Shown here: piece by piece, positions 30,001 to 41,661 of the stretch
How the letters are laid out: every line of letters starts with the position of its first letter
How positions within the stretch are numbered: the stretch's first letter is position 1
Origin: the human T2T-CHM13v2.0 reference genome, Homo sapiens
Length of the DNA: 64,000 bases
NCBI RefSeq assembly: GCF_009914755.1
Contig: NC_060939.1
Reading direction: 5' to 3' (one strand)
Translations under genes and position numbers: made by a program
Notes under the pieces: model-generated
The model's input: the letters and a program-made list of their open reading frames with translations, nothing else
Databases searched by the model: none
Told to the model about the DNA's origin: nothing

Positions 30001-33000
30001 AGTCCATTCCGTTCATTCCATTCCATTCCAGTCCATTCCATTCGAGTCCGTTCCATTCCAGTCCATTCCATTCGAGTCAATTCCATTCCATTCGATGTCT
30101 TTCCATAACGATCCATTCCATTCTATTCCTTTCGATTCCATTCCATTCTATTTCATTCCATTCGATTCCCTTCCATTGGACTCCTTTCCATTCGAGTGCA
30201 TTCCATTCCGTTCCATTTCTTTCCGTTCTGTACGATTCCTACCGTTCGATTTCATTTTGTTCCAGTCCATTCCTTTCGCGTCCATTCCATTCCATTTCAC
30301 TCCATTCGATTCCATTCCACTCGATTCCACTTCGTTCCATTTCATTGCATTCCATTCTATTCAACTCTATTGCCTTCCATTCCATTCCATTCGATTACAT
30401 TCCATGCGATTCCATTCGAAATTGAATCAATTACATTGCAATCCATTACTATTGAGTCCATTTTATTCCAGTCCACTGCATTCTGGTCCATTCCATTTGA
30501 TTCCATTCCATTCTATTCCATTCCATACAGTTGCATTCCATTGGATTCCATTCTATATCTATAAATTCAATTCGAGACCATTGCTTTTGAGTCCATTCTA
30601 TATGATTCCATTCCATTCAAGTCCATCACATTTGGTTCAATTCCATTCCATTCCAGTTGATATCAATCCATTCGATCCATTCCATTCGAGCACATTCCAT
30701 TCGAGTCCATTCCATTTGATGCCATTCCATTTGATTCTATTCCATTAGTCTCCATTCAATTCCATTAATCTCCATTCCATTCCATTCTACTCCAACTGAT
30801 TCCATTCCATTCTATTCCTTTCCATTCCATTTCATTCCTTTCCATTCCATTCCATTCCATTCCATTCCATTCGTGTCCATTCCACTCCAGTCCATTCCAT
30901 TCGTGTCCATTCCATTCCATTCCATTCCATTTGTGTCCACTGCATTCCATTCCACTCCATTCCATATTATTCCATTACACTCCATTCCATTCTATTACTT
31001 TCATTTCCATTCAATTCCATTCCATTTGATTCCATTCCACTCGGTTTCATTCCATTTGAGTCCACTCCATTCCATTCCATTCCATTCCATTCAGTTCCAT
31101 TCCATTCTGTTCCATTCCATTGCGTTCCATTCCATTCCATTCCATTCGGTACCATTCCATATTGTTCCATTCGATTCCATTCGAATCCATTCCATTCCAG
31201 TGCATTCCATTCGATTCCATTCCATTCATTTCAATTCCATTCCATTCCATTCCATTACATTCCACTTGATTCCTCTCCATTCCCTTCCACTGCATTCCGT
31301 TCGATTCCATTCCATTGCATTGCATTCCATTCCATTGGATTGCATTCCATTCGATTCCATTCCATTCGAATCAATTACATAGCAATCCATTACATTCGAG
31401 TCTATTCTATTCCGTTCCATTCGATTTCGTTCCAATCCATTCGATTCCATTCCATTCGATTCCATTCCATACTATTGCATTCCATTCTATTACATTATAT
31501 TCGAATAAGTTCCATTCAAGACCATTTCTTTTGAGTCCATTCTATTTGAGTCCATTCCCTTTGATTCCAAAACATTTCAGTCCATTCAATTCCATTCCTT
31601 TCGTTTCCATTCCATTTGATGCCATTCCATTCAATTCTGTTCTACTCGACTCCAATACATTCAATTCCATTCCATCCGATTCCATTACATTCTTTTCATT
31701 TCTTATCCATTTCAAGCCATTCCACTCCATTCCATTCCACTCGTTTCCTTTCCATTCGAGTCCATTCGTCTCCAGTCCATTCCGTTCAATCCATTCCGTT
31801 CCAGTCCATTCCATTCGAGTCCGTTCCATTACAGTCCATTCCATTCGAGTCAATTCCATTCCATTCGATGTCTTTCCATAACGATCCATTCCATTCTATT
31901 CCTTTCGATTCCATTCCATTCTATTTCATTCCATTCGATTCCCTTCCATTGAACTCCTTTCCATTCGAGTGCATTCCATTCCGTTCCATTTCTTTCCGTT
32001 CTGTACGATTCCTACCGTTCGATTTCATTTTGTTCCAGTCCATTCCTTTCGCGTCCATTCCATTCCATTTCACTCCATTCGATTCCATTCCACTCGATTC
32101 CACTTCGTTCCATTTCATTGCATTCCATTCTATTCAACTCTATTGCCTTCCATTCCATTCCATTCGATTACATTCCATGCGATTCCATTCGAAATCGAAT
32201 CAATTACATTGCAATCCATTACTATTGAGTCCGTTTTATTCCAGTCCACTGCATTCTGGTCCATTCCATTTGATTCCATTCCATTTTATTCCATTCCATA
32301 CAGTTGCATTCCATTGGATTCCATTCTATATCTATAAATTCAATTCGAGACCATTGCTTTTGAGTCCATTCTATATGATTCCATTCCATTCAAGTCCATT
32401 ACATTTGGTTCAATTCCATTCCATTCCATTCCCTTCCATTCCATTCCAGTTGATATCAATCCATTCGATTCCATTCCATTCGAGCACATTCCATTCGAGT
32501 CCATTCCATTCGATGCCATTCCATTTGATTCTATTCCATTAGTCTCCATTCAATTCCATTAATCTCCATTCCATTCCATTCTACTCCAACTGATTCCATT
32601 CCATTCTATTCCTTTCCATTCCATTTCATTTCATTCCATTCCATTCCATTCGCTTCCATTCCATTCGTGTCCATTCCACTCCAGTCCATTCCATTCGTGT
32701 CCATTCCATTCCAGGACATTCCATCTGTGTCCACTGCATTCCATTCCACTCCATTCCATATTATTCCATTACACTCAACTCCATTCTATTTCTTTCATTT
32801 CCATTCAATTCCATTCCATTTGATTCCATTCCACTCGCTTTCATTCCATTTGAGACCATTCCATATCATTCCATTCCATTCCATTGCATTCCATTCCATT
32901 CAGTTCCATTCCATTCTGTTCCATTCCATTCCATTCCATTCCATTCCATTCCATTCCATTCCATTCGGTACCATTCCATATTGTTCCATTCGATTCCATT

Positions 33001-34500
33001 CGAATCCATTCCATTCCAGTCCATTCCATTCTATTCCATTCCATTCCTTTCAATTCCATTCCATTCCATTCCACTTGATTCTACTCCATTCCCTTCCACT
33101 GCATTCCATTCGATTCCATTCCATTGCATTGCATTCCATTCCATTGGATTGCATTCCATTCGATTCCATTCCATTCGAATCAATTACATAGCAATCCATT
33201 ACATTCGAGTCTATTTTATTCCGTTCCATTCGATTTCGTTCCAATCCACTCGATTCCAATCCATTCGATTCCATTCCATACTATTGTATTCCATTCGATT
33301 AAATTATATTCGAATAAGTTCCATTCAAGACCATTTATTTTGCGTCCACTCTATTTGATTCCATTCCCTTTGATTCCATAAGATTTGAGTCCATTCAATT
33401 CCATTCCTTTCGTTTCCATTCCATTTGATGCCATTCCATTCAATTCTGTTCTACTCGACTCCAATACATTCAATTCCATTCCATCCGATTCCATTACATT
33501 CTTTTCATTTCTTATCCATTTCAAGCCATTCCATTCCATTCCATTCCACTCGTTTCCTTTCCATTCGAGTCCGTTCCTCTCCAGTCCATTCCGTTCAATC
33601 CATTCCATTCCAGTCCATTCCATTCGAGTCCGTTCCATTCCAGTCCATTCCATTCGAGTCAATTCCATTCCATTCGATGTCTTTCCATAACGATCCATTC
33701 CATTCTATTCCTTTCGATTCCATTCCATTCTATTTCATTCCATTCGATTCCCTTCCATTGGACTCCTTTCCATTCGAGTGCATTCCATTCCGTTCCATTT
33801 CTTTCCATTCTGTACGATTCCTACCGTTCGATTTCATTTTGTTCCAGTCCATTCCTTTCGCGTCCATTCCATTCCATTTCACTCCATTCGATTCCATTCC
33901 ACTCGATTCCACTTCGTTCCATTTCATTGCATTCCATTCTATTCAACTCTATTGCCTTCCATTCCATTCCATTCGATTACATTCCATGCGATTCCATTCG
34001 AAATCGAATCAATTACATTGCAATCCATTACTATTGAGTCCATTTTATTCCAGTCCACTGCATTCTGGTCCATTCCATTTGATTCCATTCCATTCTATTC
34101 CATTCCATACAGTTGCATTCCATTGGATTCCATTCTATATCTATAAATTCAATTCGAGACCATTGCTTTTGAGTCCATTCTATATGATTCCATTCCATTC
34201 AAGTCCATTACATTTGGTTCAATTCCATTCCATTCCATTCCCTTCCATTCCATTCCAGTTGATATCAATCCATTCGATTCTATTCCATTCGAGCACATTC
34301 CATTCGAGTCCATTCCATTCGATGCCATTCCATTTGATTCTATTCCATTAGTCTCCATTCAATTCCATTAATCTCCATTCCATTCCATTCTACTCCAACT
34401 GATTCCATTCCATTCTATTCCTTTCCATTCCATTCCATTCACTTCCATTCCATTCGTGTCCATTCCACTCCAGTCCATTCTGGTCGTGTCCATTCCATTC
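1..34500 (+). repeat. Domain A: tandem ~1.8 kb nested repeat units (~19 copies), one KpnI site per unit
   Basis: GGTACC at ~2495, 4304, 6078, 7872, 9651, 11440, 13249, 15046, 16814, 18583, 20342, 22151, 23919, 25728, 27541, 29375, 31148, 32967, 34716 (mutated to AGTACC at ~702), with spacings of 1749-1834 bp. The recurring ORF-track peptides (starts 1130, 2923, 4727, 6506, 8300...) give the same period. The right boundary is approximate. Confidence 0.95.
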
Positions 34501-34721
34501 CAGTCCATTCCATTTGTGTCCACTGCATTCCATTCCACTCCATTCCATATTATTCCATTACACTCCATTCCATTCTATTACTTTCATTTCCATTCAGTTC
34601 CATTCCATTTGATTCCATTCCACTCGGTTTCACTCCATTTGAGTCCATTCCATTCCATTCCATTCCATTCTGTTCCATTCCATTCCATTCCATTTCATTT
34701 CATTCCATTCTATTCGGTACC
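2495..34721 (+). repeat. Probable 1.8 kb KpnI satellite III family (D15Z1 / HSat3A5-like, chr15 short arm)
   Basis: Seen in the sequence: CATTC satellite with 1.8 kb KpnI periodicity. Established: D15Z1 is a satellite III array defined by a 1.8 kb KpnI repeat. The chromosomal assignment is an inference from period and enzyme site only; no alignment was done. Confidence 0.6.
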
Positions 34722-35330
34722 ATTCCATATTGCTCCATTCGATTCCATTCGAATCCATTCCATTCCAATCCATTCCATTCGATTCCATCCATTCCTTTCA
34801 ATTCCATTCCATTCCATTCGATTCCACTTGATTCCACTCCATTCCCTTCCACTGCATTCCATTCGATTCCATTCCATTGCATTGCATTCCATTCCATTGG
34901 ATTGCATTCCATTCGATTCCATTCCATTCGAATCAATTACATAGCAATCCATTACATTCGAGTCTGTTCTATTCCGTTGCATTCGATTTCGTTCCAATCC
35001 ATTCGATTCCATTCCATTCGATTCCATTCCATACTATTGCATTCCATTCGATTAAATTATATTCGAATAAATTCCATTCAAGACCATTTCTTTTGAGTCC
35101 ATTCTACTTGAGTCCATTCCCTTTGATTCCATAACATTTGAGTCCATTCAATTCCATTCCTTTCGTTTCCATTCCATTTGATGCCATTCCATTCAATTCT
35201 GTTCTACTCGACTCCAATACATTCAATTCCATTCCATCCGATTCCATTACACTCTTTTCATTTCTTATCCATTTCAAGCCATTCCATTCCATTCCATTCC
35301 ACTCGTTTCCTTTCCATTCGAGTCCATTCC

Positions 35331-37019
35331 ACTCCAGTCCATTCCATTCGAATCCATTTCACTCCAGTCCATTCCATTCGAATCCGTTTCACTCCAGTCC
35401 ATTAAATTCGAGTACATTCCATTCCATTCTATTCAATGCCATTCCATTCGATTCTATTCCATTCTACACCATTCCTTTCCATTACATTCCATCCGATTCC
35501 ATCCCATTGTATTCCATTCAATTCCATTCCATAGCATTCCATTCGTTTCCATTCCATTCGAATTCATTCCACTCAAGTCCATTCCATTCGAGTCCATTCC
35601 ATTCGATGTCATTCCATACTATTGCATTCCATTCGATTCCATTGTTTTCGAATAAATTCCAACCGAGACCATTCCTTTCGTGTCCTTTCTATTTGACTGC
35701 ATTCCATTAGAGTCCATCAAATTTCTGCACATTCCATTCCTTTCCATTCCATTCCTTTCCATTCCTTTCGGTGCCATTCCATTCCACTCTACTCCATTCA
35801 AGTCCATTCCATTTGAGTCCATTCCATTGATTCGATGCCATTACATTCAATTCTATTCCATTCGAATCCATTCCATTCCATTTCCTTCCAAACGATTCCA
35901 TTCCATTCTATTACTTTCTATTCCAATCCATTCCATTCCGTTCCATTCGTTTCCATTCCATTCGAGTCCACTCCATTCCATTCCATTCCATTCGATTCCA
36001 TTCCATTCCAGTCCATTCCGTTCAAGTCCATTCCACTGCATTCCATTCCATTCGATATCTTTTGATAACACCCCATTCCATTCTGCTCCTTACAATTCAA
36101 TTCAATTCCAGTCCATTTGATTCCATTCCATTTGATTACATTCCATTCGACTCCATTCCATTCGACTCTATTCCATTCGAGTCCATTCCATTCCATTCCA
36201 TTGGATTCCGTTCGAATCCCTATTCCATTCCATTTTGTTACTGTCCATTCCATTTGAGTCCATTCCATGCCAAACCATTCCATTCGATTCCATTCCAATA
36301 GATTCCATTGCACTCGAATCCAGTGCGTTCCATTCCATTGCTTTCCATTCTATTACATTCCATTGCATTACATTCCATTCCATTTGATTGCATTCCATTC
36401 AATTCCATTAATTTCGAATCAATTACATTGCAATCCATTGCATTCGAGTTCTATTCCAGTCCATTGCATTCTGGCGCATTCCGTTCCATTCCATTCCATT
36501 CGATTCCGTTCCATTCGAATCGATTGCATTGCAATGCATTACATTCGAGTCCGTTTTATTCCAGTCCAATCCATTCCGGTCCCTTCCGTTCAATTCCATT
36601 CCATTCGATGCCACTCCATACTATTGTATTTCATTCGATTCCATTCTATTCAAATAAATTCCATTCGAGACCATTCCTTTCATGTCCATTCTATTTGAGT
36701 CCATTCCAATCGAGTCCATTATATTTGGGTCCATTCCATTCAATTCCATTGCAATCGATTCCATTCGATGTCACTCCATTCATTTCTATTCCATTAGAGT
36801 CCATGTCATTCGAGTCCATTCCATTCTATTCTATTCCACTCCATTCCATTCCATTCCACTCCATTCCATTCGTTGCCGTTCCATTCAATTCTATTATATT
36901 CCACTCCATTTAATTCCATTCCATTCCATTCTATCCAATTCCCTTCCATTCTATTCCTTTAAAGTCCATTCCATTCCATTCCATACGTTTCCATTCCATT
37001 CGAGTAAAGTCCACTCCAG
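35331..37019 (+). repeat. First copy of the ~1.7 kb segment found only in 3.46 kb units
   Basis: This sequence lies between two copies of TCCTTTCCATTCGAGTCCATTCC (35308-35330 and 37020-37042) and is absent from every domain A unit. It recurs at ~38.8-40.5, 44.0-45.7, 47.5-49.2, 50.9-52.7, 56.0-57.7, 59.5-61.2 and 63.0-64.0 kb. Confidence 0.88.
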
Positions 37020-40000
37020 TCCTTTCCATTCGAGTCCATTCCTCTCCAGTCCATTCCGTTCAATCCATTCCATTCCAGTCCATTCCATTCAAGTCCGTTC
37101 CATTCCATTCGATATCTTTCCATAACGATCCATTCCATTCTATTCCTTTCGATTCCATTCAATTCCATTCCATTCTATTTCATTCCATTCGATTCCCTTT
37201 CATTGGACTCCTTTCCATTCGAGTGCATTCCATTCCGTTCCATTTCTTTCTGTTCTGTATGATTCCTACCATTCGATTTCGTTTTGTTCCAGTCTATTCC
37301 TTTCACGTCCATTCCATTTCACTCCATTCGATTCCATTCCACTCGATTCCCCTCCGTTCCATTTCATTGCATTCCATTCTATTCAATTCTATTGCATTCC
37401 ATTCCATTCCATTTGATTACATTCCATGCGATTCCATTCGAATTCGAATCAATTACATTGAAATCCATTACTATTGAGTCCGTTTTACTCCAGTCCACTC
37501 CATTCTGCTCCATTCCATTTGATTCCATTCCATTCTATTCCATTCCGTACAGTTGCATTCCATTGGATTCCATTCTATATCTATAAATGCAACTCGAGAC
37601 CATTGCTTTTGAGTCCATTCTATATGATTCCATTCCATTCAAGTCCAGTACATTTGGTTCAATTCCATTCCATTCCATTCCCTTCCATTCCATTCCATTT
37701 GATATCAATCCATTCGATTCCATTCCATTCGAGCACATTCCAATCGAGTCCATTCCATTCGATGCCATACCATTTGATTCTATTCCATTAGACTCCATTC
37801 AATTCCATTAATCTCCATTCCATTCCATTCTACTCCAACTGATTCCATTCCATTCTATTCCTTTCCATTCCATTCCATTCCATTCGCTTCTATTCGATTC
37901 GTGTCCATTCCACTCCAGTCCATTCCATTCGTGTCCATTCCATTCCAGTCCATTCCATTTGTGTCCACTGCATTCCATTCCACTCCATTCCATATTATTC
38001 CATTACACTCCATTCCATTCTATTACTTTCATTTCCATTCAGTTCCATTCCATTTGATTCCATTCCACTCGGTTTCACTCCACTTGAGTCCATTCCATTC
38101 CATTCCATTCCATTCTGTTCCATTCCATTCCATTCCATTCCATTCCATTCCATTCCATTCGGTACCATTCCATATTGTTCCATTCGATTCCATTCGAATC
38201 CATTCCATTCCAGTCCATTCCATTCGATTCCATTCCATTCCTTTCAATTCCATTCCATTCCATTCGATTCCACTTGATTCCACTCCATTCCCTTCCACTG
38301 CATTCCATTCGATTCCATTCCATTGCATTGCATTCCATTCCATTGGATTGCATTCCATTCGATTCCATTCCATTCGAATCAATTACATAGCAATCCATTA
38401 CATTCGAGTCTGTTCTATTCCGTTGCACTCGATTTCGTTCCAATCCATTCAATTCCATTCCATTCGATTCCATTCCATACTATTGCATTCCATTCGATTA
38501 AATTATATTCGAATAAATTCCATTCAAGACCATTTCTGTTGAGTCCATTCTACTTGAGTCCATTCCCTTTGATTCCATAACATTTGAGTCCATTCAATTC
38601 CATTCCTTTCGTTTCCATTCCATTTGATGCCATTCCATTCAATTCTGTTCTACTCGACTCCAATACATTCAATTCCATTCCATCCGATTCCATTACATTC
38701 TTTTCATTTCTTATCCATTTCAAGCCATTCCATTCTATTCCATTCCACTCGTTTCCTTTCCATTCGAGTCCATTCCACTCCAGTCCATTCCATTCGAATC
38801 CATTTCACTCCAGTCCATTCCATTCGAATCAGTTTCACTCCAGTCCATTAAATTCGAGTTCATTCCATTCCATTCTATTCAATGCCATTCCATTCGATTC
38901 TATTCCATTCGACACCATTCCTTTCCATTCCGTTCCATCCGATTCCATTCCATTGTATTCCATTCAATTCCATTCCATTGCATTCCATTCGTTTCCATTC
39001 CATTCGAATTCATTCCACTCAAGTCCATTCCATTCGAGTCCATTCCATTCGATATCATTCCATACTATTGCATTCCATTCGATTCCATTGTTTTCGAATA
39101 AATTCCAACCGAGACCATTCCTTTCGTGTCCTTTCTATTTGACTGAATTCCATTTGAGTCCATTAAATTTCTGCACATTCCATTCCTTTCCATTCCATTC
39201 CATTCCATTCCTTTCGGTGCCATTCCATTCCACTCTACTCCATTCAAGTCCATTCCATTTGAGTCCATTCCATTGATTCGATGCCATTACATTCAATTCT
39301 ATTCCATTCGAATCCATTCCATTCCATTTCCTTCCAAACGATTCCATTCCATTCTATTACTTTCTATTCCAATCCATTCCATTCCGTTCCATTCGTTTCC
39401 AATCCATTCGAGTCCACTCCATTCCATTCCATTCCATTCGATTCCATTCCATTCCAGTGCATTCCATTCAAGTCCATTCCACTGCATTCCATTCCATTCG
39501 ATATCTTTTGATAACACCCCATTCCATTCTGCTCCTTACAATTCAATTCAATTCCAGTCCATTTCATTCCATTGCATTTGATTACATTCCATTCGACTCC
39601 ATTCCATTCGACTCTATTCCATTCGAGTCCATTCCATTCCATTCCATTGCATTCCGTTCAAATCCCTATTCCATTCCATTTTGTTACTGTCCATTCCATT
39701 TGAGTCCATTCCATGCCAAACCATTCCATTCGATTCCATTCCAATAGATTCCATTGCACTCGAATCCAGTGCGTTCCATTCCATTGCTTTCCATTCTATT
39801 ACATTCCATTGCATTACATTCCATTCCATTTGATTGCATTCCATTCAATTCCATTAATTTCGAATCAATTACATTGCATTCCATTGCATTAGAGTTCTAT
39901 TCCAGTCCATTGCATTCCGGCGCATGCCGTTCCATTCCATTCCATTCGCTTCCGTTCCATTCGAATCCATGGCATTTCAATGCATTACTTTCGAGTCCGT

Positions 40001-41661
40001 TTTATTCCAGTCCAATCCATTCCAGTCCATTCCGTTCGATTCCATTCCATTCGATGCCACTCCATACTATTGTATTTCATTCGATTCCATTCTATTCAAA
40101 TAAATTCCATTCGAGACCATTCCTTTCGAGTCCATTCTATTTGAGTCCATTCCATTCGAGTCCATTATATTTGGGTCCATTCCATGCAATTCCATTGCAA
40201 TCCATTCCATTCGATGTCACTCCATTCATTTCTATTCCATTAGAGTCCATGTCATTCGAGTCCATTCCATTCTATTCTATTCCACTTCATTCCATTCCAT
40301 TCCACTCCATTCCATTCGTTGCCATTCAATTCAATTCTATTATATTCCACTCCATTTAATTCCATTCCATTCCATTCCATTCCATTCCATTCCATTCTAT
40401 CCAATTCCGTTCCATTCTATTCCTTTAAAGTCCATTCCATTCCATTCCATTCGTTTCCATTCCATTCGAGTAAAGTCCACTCCAGTCCTTTCCATTCGAG
40501 TCCATTCCTCTCCAGTCCATTGCGTTCAATCCATTCCATTCCAGTCCATTCCATTCGAGTCCGTTCCATTCCAGTCCATTCCATTCGAGTCAATTCCATT
40601 CCATTCGATATCTTTCCATAACGATCCATTCCGTTCTATTCCTTTCGATTCCATTCAATTCCATTCCATTCTATTTCATTCCATTCGATTCCCTTCCATT
40701 GGACTCCTTTCCATTCGAGTGCATTCCATTCCGTTCCATTTCTTTCTGTTCTGTATGATTCCTACCGTTCGATTTCATTTTGTTCCAGTCTATTCCTTTC
40801 AAGTCCATTCCATTCCATTTCACTCCATTCGATTCCATTCCACTCGATTCCACTCCGTTCCATTTCATTGCATTCCATTGTATTCAATTCTATTGCATTC
40901 CATTCCATTCCATTTGATTACATTCCATGCGATTCCATTCGAATTCCAATCAATTACAATGCAATCCATTACTATTGAGTCCGTTTTATTCCAGTCCACT
41001 CCATTCGGGTCCATTCCATTTGATTCCATTCCATTCTATTCCATTCCGTACAGTTGCATTCCATTGGATTCCATTCTATATCTATAAATGCAACTCGAGA
41101 CCATTGCTTTTGAGTCCATTCTATATGATTCCATTCCATTCAAGTCCATTACATTTGGTTCAATTCCATTCCATTCCATTCCCTTCCATTCCATTCCATT
41201 TGATATCAATCCATTCGATTCCATTCCATTCGAGCACATTCCATTCGAGTCCATTCCATTCGATGCCATTCCATTTGATTCTATTCCATAAGTCTCCATT
41301 CAATTCCATTAATCTCCATTCCATTCCATTCTACTCCAACTGATTCCATTCCATTCTATTCCTTTCCATTCCATTCCATTCCATTCGCTTCTATTCCATT
41401 CGTGTCCATTCCACTCCACTCCATTCCATTCGTGTCCATTCCATTCCAGTCCATTCCATTTGTGTCCACTGCATTCCATTCCACTCCATTCCATATTATT
41501 CCATTACACTCCATTCCATTCTTTTACTTTCATTTGCATTCAGTTCCATTCCATTTGATTCCATTCCACTCGGTTTCACTCCATTTGAGTCCATTCCATT
41601 CCATTCCATTCCATTCTGTTCCATTCCATTCCATTCCATTCCATTCCATTCCATTCCATTC

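Noticed and set aside
37436-37449. TTCGAATTCGAA as a heat shock element
   Set aside because: A canonical HSE needs nGAAnnTTCnnGAAn spacing, and here GAA and TTC abut directly.
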